Origin: Opitutales bacterium
GTDB lineage: Bacteria; Verrucomicrobiota; Verrucomicrobiia; Opitutales; PNEW01
Direction: 5' to 3'
DNA length: 64,000 nt
NCBI GenBank assembly: GCA_965197745.1
Contig: CBDANS010000007.1
Location: 1,440,001 to 1,504,000, forward strand
This document shows, piece by piece, positions 52,555-62,874 of the stretch. The stretch's first letter is position 1. Each line of letters begins with the position of its first letter. The notes beneath the pieces were generated by a model. The model was given only the letters and a program-made list of their open reading frames with translations, was not told the origin of the DNA and did not search any database. The translations under genes and the position numbers were made by a program.

Positions 52555-52866
52555 GGAGAGAAAGCCGGAAGACCGGAAAGCCAGAGCGTTGGAGTGAAAA
52601 AGGATAACTGAGAGGACAAAGAAAATATTTTATTACGCATAAAAGTAGCATATTCCACCTATACACTAGCATAAAAGAATAGTGGTGGAGCGGGCTGACC
52701 CAGCACGCTTTTTCAATGATGACTATCTCAAACGCGCTAGGGACACGATACGATTATGCTCATCGCAGGACGCGTTCCACCATCTATTAAATAGTAATTC
52801 TTATATTCCTCGATCGTGCCTTCAACCTTTTGACATTTTGACCTTTTGACATTTTGACTAAACACC

Positions 52867-55800
52867 GTGAAACGTGCTTTCAAATATTGCGGGTTAATAT
52901 TTCTTACGGGGTGTTGTTTTTTAGCATTTTTGTATTTCTGGAGTGATGTCTTAAAGCCGGAACTGGAAGAGGAACCCATTCGCTATAGCCCGGAAAAAAT
53001 TGATTACATCGAAAAGTCAAGAGACGTTAGTTTCACTGAAGACGACCTTTTCAAAATACAGCAGGATGTCGATTACCGCGGGGGTGAATCCGGCACATGG
53101 TATCCTAAATCCGAATCACCCATCCTCAGCGAACTGGTAGAGGAGGGCAATCTTCCACCGGTGGCCGAACGTGTGGGATCCGAGCCGGTAGTGCTTAAAG
53201 GTGTGGACAGTATTGGTAGATACGGCGGCACCTGGTTTCAAGTGGTAGGATCACCACACCAGGCAGAATACGTCGGTAGCTTCTTTGCCGGATCTTCTCT
53301 TGTTCGCTGGTCGCCGCTCGGTTACCCGATCGTCCCTCATATCGCTAAGCGTTGGGATTCCAGTCCCGATAAGAGGGCATGGACATTTTACCTGCGAAGA
53401 GGCATGAAGTGGTCTGACGGCCACCCTTTTACTGCCGATGATATCCTGTACTGGTGGGAAAAAGAAATACCGCTTAATATCCCTGGGGTTGCTACTGCCG
53501 AATGGATGGATATAGGCGGTAAGACAGGGGAGATAACTAAAATCGATGATCACACCGTAAAGTTCGTTTTCCCTCACCCCTATGGAGCATTTTTAGAAGC
53601 CTTGGCTAAATTTAATGATATTTGCTCGCCTCAACATTACCTGGAAATATACCACCCGGTATTTGGTGATGACGCCCTTATCGAAGCGAACATGGAAGAA
53701 AGGAGGCTACCTTCGCGTAGGAGCCTATATGCTTCATTGAAACTCTGGAACAACCCAGAACACCCGAGGATTTGGCCCTGGCTTTATCGCACTTTTAAAG
53801 CGAATCCACCCCAGGTGTTTGTCCGCAATCCCTTCTACTGGGCAGTTGATACCGAGGGCAATCAGCTCCCCTATGTGGACCAATTATTTACCGAGGCAAA
53901 AACCTATAAGCTTATACCAATAACTGCGGCCAGTGGAGCCGTCACCTTTAAAATTTTTGGCAGTATGGATCTCTATTATACCCTGCTCATGTCACAACGC
54001 GAAATAAACAATTACGAAGTGTATCACTGGTTTCCAGCTTCACGTTCACGCTACCTCATCCATCCAAATCTAAATTTATTGGTGGACCCTGACGATCCGG
54101 TTACCCAAATGAAACATGATCTCCTCAACAGCAAACGGTTCCGCCAGGCACTTTCCCTCGCCATCAATCGACGCCAAATAATCAAAAATGTATACAATGG
54201 AGTGGGAGAACCCGCACAGTTATCACCCGGGAGGGAGTCATATTTCCACCATGAAAAACTTTATAAAAGTTTCACCGAATATTCACCCGACAAGGCTAAC
54301 GCCTTACTCGACGAGCTCGGTCTAACCCGGAGGGATTCCAAGGGATACCGTACATTTGTGGACGGTACGCGTATGGTCTGGTATTATACCATTAAACAGG
54401 GAGAAGACGAAGGACCGACGGAGCTCATCATCGAAGACTGGAGCCGCATTGGCATTCGCGCCGTCCAGCGTCAGCCGCCATCGGCCCTCTTTAGAGTACA
54501 ACTAAATTCGCGCAAAGTCGAATTTTCCATTTATCCTGGGAACGCAGAATACATTCCTGTTATAGGGGGTAAAAAAATTGCTGGAATATCAGCATATCAA
54601 GCCTATGGCTATCAGAATTGGTACAAGCGAGGGGGACTTTACGGAAATCCTGAAGCCACAGAGTTAGGCGGCATTGAACCACCGATAGATCACCCCATGC
54701 GACAGACAATGAAGCTGATCGATGAATCATACAGTGCAATTAATCGTGAAGATCAACGGTTAATTTTCAATAAGCTTTTCGACATCGCCGCAGAGAATGT
54801 CTGGTCAATCAATGTAACCCCTTCACCACCGTTCCCGGTAGTGGTCAAAAACGATTTTAAAAACGTTCCATACAATGCCGCATATAGTGGATTCTTCCTT
54901 ACGCCATCTAACGCGGGAATGGAAACCTACTACTTTGAGAAGCCTTATAATTCGCCTGGAACCCTTGCGCAAATGAAAAAAGAATTGATAGAAATCACCC
55001 CTGCTTCTTACGGATCCAGCCAGGATGATCCAACATCAAGCAGTAATGAACGCATGGCATGGCTTATAAAAAAACTGTTTTTAGGTGTTGCCGTTTGCGG
55101 AATAATATTGATCGGGATACGGCATCCTTATATCGGCAGGCGACTACTCATCATGGGTCCGACTCTTCTCATTATCTCGATGATCTCTTTTGTTATCATT
55201 CAGCTGCCACCGGGAAATTATATCGATACAAAAATTATAGAATTACAGTTAAAAGGTAGTCAGGTAGACATCGATGAGATTGAAAAGCTGCGGGAGATCT
55301 TTCATCTCGATAAGTCTATTGCCGAACGTTATTTACTTTGGCTAGGTCTTAACTGGTTTACTTCCTTTGAAAAAAAAGACCAGGGTTTATTACAGGGTCA
55401 CTTGGGTTTATCCATGGAAAACCAGAGCACGGTCAATGCAGTGGTGGGCGATCGTATCCTTCTAACTTTGCTCATTTCGATGGGCACTATACTTTTTACC
55501 TGGGCAGTAGCCTTACCCATCGGAATATATTCAGCAGTTCGCCAATATACCTTGGGTGATTATGTATTTACATTGATCGGTTTCATTGGAATGAGTATTC
55601 CCAGTTTTCTCCTCGCCTTGATCCTTCTTTATTGGAGCAGTAAGTACCTGGGCATTAATATTTCGGGTCTATTTTCACCTGAATATTCAATCCAACCAGA
55701 ATGGACTAAAGGTAAAATAGTTGACCTCTTGCAGCACATCTGGGTACCCGTTGTCGTCCTCGGCGCCACGGGAACCGCGAGTATGATCCGGGTAATGCGA

Positions 55801-56154
55801 GGTAACCTGCTGGACGAGTTGAAAAAACCTTATGTCATTACCGCGATGGCCAAGGGAGTGCGCCCATTTAAACTGTTGATGAAATATCCCGTGCGATTGG
55901 CACTTAATCCATTTATTTCCAGTATCGGGGCGATCTTTCCCCAACTGGTCTCCGGGGGCGCAATCGTCGCGATGGTCCTCAGCTTACCCACGGTAGGACC
56001 GTTAATGCTGGAAGCACTGATGAAGGAAGATATGTATTTGGCCGGATCGATGCTCATGATTCTCAGCCTTCTCGGCGTTCTGGGCACCCTGGTCAGCGAC
56101 CTGCTCCTAATGTGGCTCGATCCTCGCATACGCATGGAGGGCGGAGTGCGCTAA
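52867..56154 (+). CDS. Fused ABC family-5 solute-binding protein and OppB/DppB-type permease
   Basis: LPPVAER, LRRGMKWSDGHPFTADD, GNQLPYVD, FRQALSLAINR, then IIQLPPG...YVITAMAKG...DPRIR in one ORF. Confidence 0.9.
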   Translation: MKRAFKYCGLIFLTGCCFLAFLYFWSDVLKPELEEEPIRYSPEKIDYIEKSRDVSFTEDDLFKIQQDVDYRGGESGTWYPKSESPILSELVEEGNLPPVAERVGSEPVVLKGVDSIGRYGGTWFQVVGSPHQAEYVGSFFAGSSLVRWSPLGYPIVPHIAKRWDSSPDKRAWTFYLRRGMKWSDGHPFTADDILYWWEKEIPLNIPGVATAEWMDIGGKTGEITKIDDHTVKFVFPHPYGAFLEALAKFNDICSPQHYLEIYHPVFGDDALIEANMEERRLPSRRSLYASLKLWNNPEHPRIWPWLYRTFKANPPQVFVRNPFYWAVDTEGNQLPYVDQLFTEAKTYKLIPITAASGAVTFKIFGSMDLYYTLLMSQREINNYEVYHWFPASRSRYLIHPNLNLLVDPDDPVTQMKHDLLNSKRFRQALSLAINRRQIIKNVYNGVGEPAQLSPGRESYFHHEKLYKSFTEYSPDKANALLDELGLTRRDSKGYRTFVDGTRMVWYYTIKQGEDEGPTELIIEDWSRIGIRAVQRQPPSALFRVQLNSRKVEFSIYPGNAEYIPVIGGKKIAGISAYQAYGYQNWYKRGGLYGNPEATELGGIEPPIDHPMRQTMKLIDESYSAINREDQRLIFNKLFDIAAENVWSINVTPSPPFPVVVKNDFKNVPYNAAYSGFFLTPSNAGMETYYFEKPYNSPGTLAQMKKELIEITPASYGSSQDDPTSSSNERMAWLIKKLFLGVAVCGIILIGIRHPYIGRRLLIMGPTLLIISMISFVIIQLPPGNYIDTKIIELQLKGSQVDIDEIEKLREIFHLDKSIAERYLLWLGLNWFTSFEKKDQGLLQGHLGLSMENQSTVNAVVGDRILLTLLISMGTILFTWAVALPIGIYSAVRQYTLGDYVFTLIGFIGMSIPSFLLALILLYWSSKYLGINISGLFSPEYSIQPEWTKGKIVDLLQHIWVPVVVLGATGTASMIRVMRGNLLDELKKPYVITAMAKGVRPFKLLMKYPVRLALNPFISSIGAIFPQLVSGGAIVAMVLSLPTVGPLMLEALMKEDMYLAGSMLMILSLLGVLGTLVSDLLLMWLDPRIRMEGGVR

Positions 56155-56274
56155 CGCGCGTGTTAGGTTTTAAGTGTTAAGTTAAGAAGGTTCACCGTTC
56201 AAGGGTTCTTCACTGATTCTCCGACACCTGACACCCAATGCACTCTCCTCACCTGAAATGGCATGGGGAAGTGG

Positions 56275-57063
56275 TTATATTTTCGCACCAAGCTCGACGA
56301 GGCTTTCCACCATTCCCCGGATTCGTGCACTGTCGCTTTTAATAAACGCTTGATGGGGCCGGAATATTCTTCCGTCTGATTTATAACGCAGTAATGCGGC
56401 GATGTCTTCATCATTCTTAATCCTCGCCCCGAATTTCAGTGCAATGTAGCGGCGTTCATTTTCTAAATTGCCAAACACCGAATGCAACAAACACTGATTG
56501 AAGAATATTACATCACCGGGATTGGATTCAAAAGGATAAGCGGGAATTGACGGCTCATCCACTCCGTAGGGTTTTCCCCTGACTTTATTTTCCCCGTAGT
56601 AAAGCGGTTTGAGCATCTCGTGAAAGGGCGCTCGATGAGAACCCGGAATTACACGCAGGGAACAGGTTTCTTTCGTCGTTGGATCGAGATATAAATGAAC
56701 CTTGATCGTCATATAGCTGAGTTCGTTGTGACCTTGTCTGTCTGCATGCCAGGAGGTTTGGCTGCGGCCACAAACTCCCTCGGACCCAGTCCAGATAAAT
56801 TCTTGCCCAAGTAATTGTTCAATTGTCTCGTAGATACGGTCATCCTCAACCAGCTTAGTCAATTCGGGATCTTTCTCGATAAAATAATCGACGACCTTGG
56901 TCACATTTTTCCCATCGCCAGAATCTTCGATTCGACCATTTTCTCTCTCCGACATATACTCATAGCGGCTTATCATCTTCTCCATTTCCTCAGGTGAAAA
57001 TGCGTGCCGCAATACGAGAAAACCAAAGGTTTCGAAGTGCGCTATCTGTTCTGGAGTCAACAT
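56275..57063 (-). CDS. PhyH-family dioxygenase
   Basis: LTPEQIAHFETFGFL, WHAD, LRVIPGSH, PGDVIFFN..LLH. Confidence 0.92.
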   Translation of the reverse strand: MLTPEQIAHFETFGFLVLRHAFSPEEMEKMISRYEYMSERENGRIEDSGDGKNVTKVVDYFIEKDPELTKLVEDDRIYETIEQLLGQEFIWTGSEGVCGRSQTSWHADRQGHNELSYMTIKVHLYLDPTTKETCSLRVIPGSHRAPFHEMLKPLYYGENKVRGKPYGVDEPSIPAYPFESNPGDVIFFNQCLLHSVFGNLENERRYIALKFGARIKNDEDIAALLRYKSDGRIFRPHQAFIKSDSARIRGMVESLVELGAKI

Positions 57064-57411
57064 GATGAAATATTTATAAATATTTCAGTGTAGGTGTTAA
57101 GTTTTAAGGGCACACATAATCAGGGTCAAACGTATAATTTAAATATACTCTGTAACGGGGCTCGGTAGTCGATTGATTCATGATGCATGCTGCAGTATTC
57201 AGGATGTCATGGGGTAGGGGGTCGGATTGCAGAATGTGAATTTATTTTTATTGTCATTGCGAGGAGCAACGCGACGTGGCTACCGAGGGCAAAGCCCGAC
57301 ATCTTCCATTCCAGGCGAATGAATGTACGCAACCGACATTCCCTTGGATCGCCACGGCTGACAAGCAGCCTCGCGATGACAAGGTATTTCAATCGAAAAA
57401 CGGCAATCGTA

Positions 57412-59625
57412 TCATTCTATTGTCACTTCTTCAGTTGTCACCGCGATATCATCCCCATCCTCGTTGGAGAACGTAGCGTCAATGCTCAGGGTCGGTTGAG
57501 GCGTTTCGTCAGACTTGAAATTGTTCTGTGTGATCAGAGTCTCAAACCCCGGTGTTGTCGATCCACTCTCCGCCACGACGATCGAAGCGCCATTCGTCTG
57601 CAACAGGTCTCCACCCGTGATGCGCAAACCGGGGTTGCCCGCCGGTACCGTGAAGGACCCGTCTCCGAACAGCAGGTGCGGCACCGCATCGCCGTCGGCG
57701 TCGATGTCGCCCACCGTTAAGCGTACCGCGATCGGCACTCCGCGCGCATCGAAGCCGACCTTGCCCGTGCTTCCACTGAACACGGCATTCGATAACTGTG
57801 CCCCTCCCAGTCCCGTGGAGTTGACTACTTCCACGAGTGCCACGTCGGCCTGGGCGTCATAGACCTGTCCTTCGGGGAACAGCGCCTGGTTAAAGGCGTT
57901 GATCCTGCCCACCGTGAAGATGCTGAAGAAGGTATTGGCGTCGGCTCCGTCGATGACCACGCTCGGCTTTCCCGTTACGTACTCCACGGCCTGGTTGTAG
58001 CGTGGTGGGACAGCCGGGGGCAGGAAGGTGGCCGGGTCCAGGGTTACGGTAAAGGTACCGTTACCTGAGAACTCTACCTGCACAATGTCCTCGTTTTCGT
58101 CCATGAAGGAAACACGGGTGATCTGTCCCGGTTTGGCCTGGAGTTGGACGGACTCTCCGGTGAGTAGTATCTGGTCGAAGACGTTGCCGTTGGCATGCTG
58201 AATGTCTTCACCCGCGATATCCCCCGAGCCGCCTAGGATGAGAAGCACCGGTGGTGCGGCAACGGTAATGACGGCCGTATCGCTGTTGGCGCTCCCTCCG
58301 GCGTTCGTTACCTGCACCCAGAAATTCGTGCTCGCGGTGAGTGCACCCGTGGTCAAGGTATTCGACGTAGCCCCGGCGATGGGATTAGCAGTGTTGCCGC
58401 TATTGCCTTCATACCACTGGTAAGTGAGATCGTCGCCGCTGGCTTCAACTGACAAAACGACAGCGGTCCCCGACTGCACTTCCTGGTTCGTGGGTTGGGT
58501 AGTGATAGGGGGAGCATCCGCGGGTGGCGGTGCTGAGGTATCAGTGCCCGGTGCGCCAATAGGAGTAAAACCGAAATCATCGAAGACTGTTGCGCTTCTC
58601 GCTATATTTACATTGGGATTGTCCTTAACAATAATTCTGTCAATGCCGCCTGGAGCTCCCAACTCTACAGTATTGATTGTAGTTTGACGGGGTTTAAGTA
58701 AAGCATCAAGACCCCCAGCACTTTCCAAGTCCGAAATGGTAGCAAGAAGGTTATCATTAGTATCGTAAACTTCGATTGTTCCGTCCGGGTCAGTAGTGCC
58801 GGTCAAAACAATGGCTGCGGCGAAAACATCGATTTCAAATGCCGGAGTTTCAAAGGTGACCGTGAAGCTTTCTCCGTTAGAAATCCCATAGGATTGAAGT
58901 CCCGATCGCGTTGGATTATTTGCGGCAGATAAAATCGAGCCCCCATCAAAAGTAGCACTAATAGGTGATTCCCCAACAATAATGGGTGCCGTTATTCCTG
59001 CACCCACACTAAAATCCTCAAAAGTAGTGAATACGGTGTTATTGGACGGTCTTTTCGTTATCGTGAAACCCAGATCGTCAAGGGAGAATTTTCCTGAAAC
59101 ATTTTTGATTTTTAATTCTTTAATGCCGTCGAGAAAGTCAAAATCGGTTGAGTCGAGGAACATATCACTGTCTGAAACAAAGCTTTGTAATGGGGGATTG
59201 GCACTGGGGCTGATATTGGTCGGTAAACCTTCGACAATACCATTTTCCGCTATAACTATTATAATGAATAGTTCTGAATCGGCCTTATTTCCTCTGGGCT
59301 CGATTCTGCCGGCTCCCGTATTCTCGGCCGCATAGAATTGGATTTCATCAATTCCTCTTTCCGATACAATTACCCCCTCCTGACCAGGTCCGAGGGTTAT
59401 CGCCTTTGTTCCGGAGTGTAAGAGCGCCGGATCTTCCAGAGTTTCCACCGTGAATCCGACTAACTTGATCCTATTGGGTTCTTCCCCAATGAAAAATTCA
59501 CCTTCCCCACTTATGTCCTCGAAATCCGTGAATACCTCAAGTTCTTGTGGAAGGGCCGACAGGCGTGCCGGTGAATAGAGTAAGAGAATCAGAATCGAAA
59601 TTATTTTTATAGTTTTATTATTCAT
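57412..59625 (-). CDS. Secreted Ig-domain protein, paralog P3
   Basis: Same architecture; N-domains close to P1, C-domain close to P4. Confidence 0.9.
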   Translation of the reverse strand: MNNKTIKIISILILLLYSPARLSALPQELEVFTDFEDISGEGEFFIGEEPNRIKLVGFTVETLEDPALLHSGTKAITLGPGQEGVIVSERGIDEIQFYAAENTGAGRIEPRGNKADSELFIIIVIAENGIVEGLPTNISPSANPPLQSFVSDSDMFLDSTDFDFLDGIKELKIKNVSGKFSLDDLGFTITKRPSNNTVFTTFEDFSVGAGITAPIIVGESPISATFDGGSILSAANNPTRSGLQSYGISNGESFTVTFETPAFEIDVFAAAIVLTGTTDPDGTIEVYDTNDNLLATISDLESAGGLDALLKPRQTTINTVELGAPGGIDRIIVKDNPNVNIARSATVFDDFGFTPIGAPGTDTSAPPPADAPPITTQPTNQEVQSGTAVVLSVEASGDDLTYQWYEGNSGNTANPIAGATSNTLTTGALTASTNFWVQVTNAGGSANSDTAVITVAAPPVLLILGGSGDIAGEDIQHANGNVFDQILLTGESVQLQAKPGQITRVSFMDENEDIVQVEFSGNGTFTVTLDPATFLPPAVPPRYNQAVEYVTGKPSVVIDGADANTFFSIFTVGRINAFNQALFPEGQVYDAQADVALVEVVNSTGLGGAQLSNAVFSGSTGKVGFDARGVPIAVRLTVGDIDADGDAVPHLLFGDGSFTVPAGNPGLRITGGDLLQTNGASIVVAESGSTTPGFETLITQNNFKSDETPQPTLSIDATFSNEDGDDIAVTTEEVTIE

Positions 59626-59717
59626 GGTGTCACAATGGTGTATCTTTCTTCTGGTGTAATTTTAATTCTCTAACACCCATTTTATAATATTACGATGTAA
59701 GTTTTTAATTATTTATA

Positions 59718-59918
59718 GGTTCGATAAAGCCTCACTTCTCCGCCATTTCAATTGTCGATTGCGGATATTCGATTGTGGATTGAGAAAACCGCAAAAGGCA
59801 CAAAAGGGATATTCAAGACGATGGATGTCGGAAACAAGATAAACCATGTATTTCCCGCGAGGGACAATCGAAAATCCGAATTCGAAAATCGAAAATTATC
59901 CCCCCCCTCTCCGCTATT
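59718..59918 (+). other. Two degenerate tRNA-Ser 3'-end (att-like) remnants
   Basis: ggttcga...ttctccgccatt (59718-59747) and atcc..cctctccgctatt (59898-59918), both followed by tcaattgtcgatt. Confidence 0.6.
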
Positions 59919-60288
59919 TCAATTGTCGATTGGCGATTTTCGATTGCGGATTGAATAAAAAGTCGACGGTTGTAGGTTATTTCCTATTGTCATTGCGAGG
60001 AGCAACGCGACGCGGCAATCCAGTAAAATGTCTGTTGCGTAATGTAATTCCCGTGTTGTTGGGAATTACTCTCAACTAATCGATTTCCTTTAAATGAAGA
60101 GACGAATCCTCATTGGAAAGACCAGAGCAGAGATTTTTATTCGTAAGCACTATGACTATGTGCCTAGATTGCCGCAGTCGGTTGCACCTCCTTCGCAATG
60201 ACAAAAAGGGAAGGCGCTTATGCGCGTGTTATGTGTTAAGTTCCAAGTGTTAAGTAAATTAACCTAAAACCTGACACTGATCGATAGC

Positions 60289-62520
60289 TCATTCAATCGT
60301 TACCTCATCAACCTCGACGGTAATCTCATCCCCATCTTCGTTGGCAAAAGTGGCATCAATGCTCTGTGTCGGTTGAGGAGTGTTGTCGGACTTGAAGTTG
60401 TTCTGCGTAATCAGGGTCTCAAACCCGGTCGTTGTTGAACCACTCTCCGCGACCACGACCGCTGCGCCGTTGGTCTGCAAGAGGTCTCCTCCGGTGATCC
60501 GCATCCCCGGGTTGCCCGCCGGTACCGTGAAGGACCCGTCTCCGAACAGCAGGTGCGGCACCGCATCGCCATCGGCGTCGATGTCGCCCACCGTTAACCG
60601 TACCGCGATCGGCACGCCGCGCGCATCGAAACCCACCTTACCCGTGCTTCCACTGAACACGGCATTCGATAACTGCACCCCTCCCAGTCCCGTGGAGTTG
60701 ACTACTTCCACGAGCGTCACGTCGGCCTGGGCGTCATAGACCTGTCCTTCGGGGAACAGTGCCTGGTTAAAGGCGTTGATCCTTCCCACCGTGAAAATGC
60801 TGAAGAAGGTATTGGCGTCAGCTCCATCGATGACCACGCTCGGTTTGCCCGTCACATATTCGACGGCCTGGTTGTAGCGTGGGGGGACGGCCGGAGGCAG
60901 GAAAGTGGCCGGGTCGAGGGATACGGTAAAGGTACCGTTACCTGAGAACTCTACCTGTACAATGTCTTCGTTTTCGTCCATGAACGAGACGCGGGTGATC
61001 TGATTCGGTCTTGCCTGGAGTTGAATGGACTCTCCGGTGAGTAATATCTGATCGAAGACATTGCCGTTGGCGTGCTGAATGTTTTCACCGGCGATGTCAC
61101 CCGAGCCGTCGAGGACCAAGGGCACGGAGGGGGCTGCTACGGTGATGACCGCGGTATTACTGTCAGCGCTTCCACCAGCGTTAGTTATCTGTGCCCAGTA
61201 GTTAGTGCTCGCAGTGAGAGCACCGGTAGTTAAAGTGCCACTGGTCGCACCGGCGATGGGACTGGCGGTGTCGCCGCTGTTGCCGGTATACCACTGGTAA
61301 GTGAGATCATCACCGCTGGCGGCAACAGTGAGGACTACCGCGGTGCCGGATGGGACCTCCTGGCTCGCGGGTTGGGTCGTGATCGCGGGAGCATCAGCGG
61401 GAGGTGGTCCTTCAGTACTTGTTCCCGGAGCGCCGATCGGCGTAAAACCAAAGTCGTCTATCCCCGTATGGCTCAATACATCATTGTTCAGTGTAGGATC
61501 GTCCTTAAAAACAAGCCTGCTGATTCCACCCGGCGCTCCTAATTCCACCGCGTTGACGGTAAAAAAATTGGGTTTAAATTGCGGTTGCACAGCCGACTCA
61601 AAATTAGTGAAGGTCCCGAGCAGGTTATCATTAGTATCGTAGACTTCAAATGAGCCATCGGGATCCTGCAATTGTACTCTAACCGTACTCTGTGCGTAAA
61701 ATTTTACTTCATAAGCCGGAGTTTCAAAGGTGACGGTGAATTCTTCACCATTTCTAATCGCATAACCTTGTGTTTGCGAATGAATTAAATCACATGCGCA
61801 TGAAAATTGTACTACAATCTGGCCCCCATCAAGGATGGCTGTATTGGGTGATGTCCCAACGACAATCGGTTCCAATATACCATCACCCACACCAAATTCA
61901 TCAAATCGGGTATAGACGCTACTATTGGAAGGTTTGTTCGTGAGTGTGTAGCCAAGATCATCGATGGAAAACTTACCTGAAACATTGAGGATCTTCACTT
62001 CTTTTATCCCTTCAAGGAATTCCAGGTCAGTGTCATCAAGAAAATCGCCGCTGTCAGCGATAAAGCTTTGCAATGGGGGGTTGGCGCCAAGGTTGATGTT
62101 GGCCGGCAGTCCTTCAACCTCACCATTATTTCCTATCACGGTTACTGTTGCAAAACTATCAGAGCCACCGAATTCAATTGGATTGACTAAACCTCTGATC
62201 TCGATTTTGCCACCCCCTGTTGATTCAGCCGCGTAAAATTCGATGGTAGCGATCCCACGGCTGCTTACGATTCGCCCCTCCTGGCCGGGTCCAAGGGTTA
62301 AAGCTTTCGATCCCGAGTGCAATAGTGCCGGATCTTCTAATGTCTCTATCGTAAAGCCAATAAACTGAATATCATTCGGTGGATCTCCGAGTCTAAAATC
62401 TCCCGAACCTTCGGCATCTTCAAAATCTAAAAAATTTTCCTGGTCTTGAGGAAGAGCTCGGAGAAGAATCGGTAAAAACAGTGAAATTAGCGATACGATA
62501 ACAATATTTTTTAAACGCAT
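60289..62520 (-). CDS. Secreted Ig-domain protein, paralog P4
   Basis: Same architecture with its own loop sequences. Confidence 0.9.
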   Translation of the reverse strand: MRLKNIVIVSLISLFLPILLRALPQDQENFLDFEDAEGSGDFRLGDPPNDIQFIGFTIETLEDPALLHSGSKALTLGPGQEGRIVSSRGIATIEFYAAESTGGGKIEIRGLVNPIEFGGSDSFATVTVIGNNGEVEGLPANINLGANPPLQSFIADSGDFLDDTDLEFLEGIKEVKILNVSGKFSIDDLGYTLTNKPSNSSVYTRFDEFGVGDGILEPIVVGTSPNTAILDGGQIVVQFSCACDLIHSQTQGYAIRNGEEFTVTFETPAYEVKFYAQSTVRVQLQDPDGSFEVYDTNDNLLGTFTNFESAVQPQFKPNFFTVNAVELGAPGGISRLVFKDDPTLNNDVLSHTGIDDFGFTPIGAPGTSTEGPPPADAPAITTQPASQEVPSGTAVVLTVAASGDDLTYQWYTGNSGDTASPIAGATSGTLTTGALTASTNYWAQITNAGGSADSNTAVITVAAPSVPLVLDGSGDIAGENIQHANGNVFDQILLTGESIQLQARPNQITRVSFMDENEDIVQVEFSGNGTFTVSLDPATFLPPAVPPRYNQAVEYVTGKPSVVIDGADANTFFSIFTVGRINAFNQALFPEGQVYDAQADVTLVEVVNSTGLGGVQLSNAVFSGSTGKVGFDARGVPIAVRLTVGDIDADGDAVPHLLFGDGSFTVPAGNPGMRITGGDLLQTNGAAVVVAESGSTTTGFETLITQNNFKSDNTPQPTQSIDATFANEDGDEITVEVDEVTIE

Positions 62521-62874
62521 TTTGATCCCGCTTAATTTGATTTAAACCCTTGTTGCTGCAGCTGCTAGTTTTAACCAGTAGCGCGGTAAGATGCAGGTTT
62601 CAACAGAAAAAATAAATTTCGTAAATTTTTCAATTTGGAACTCAGGAATTAAAGAAAATTAACCACGAATGAACACGAATGCGAACTCAGCGTCTTTGCG
62701 GTGCAATCAATTTCCACTCTGTAATATTCTCTACTCTTTTCCTGAGTTCCATATGCCTAAACCTTCTCTGTATATTTTATTCGTGTTCATTCGTGGTTTT
62801 CTTATTCCGCTTATCCGCATCTACGCATAATCGCCTTCGACTTTTGACAGCCCACAATTAGAATTTTCTCATAG

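Noticed and set aside
57187..57720. 177 aa plus-strand ORF
   Set aside because: Made of a palindromic repeat plus the antisense of P3
29750..62520. Diversity-generating retroelement acting on the paralogs
   Set aside because: No reverse transcriptase in the window; the P1/P3 patch I compared is not adenine-specific and the variable loops include indels
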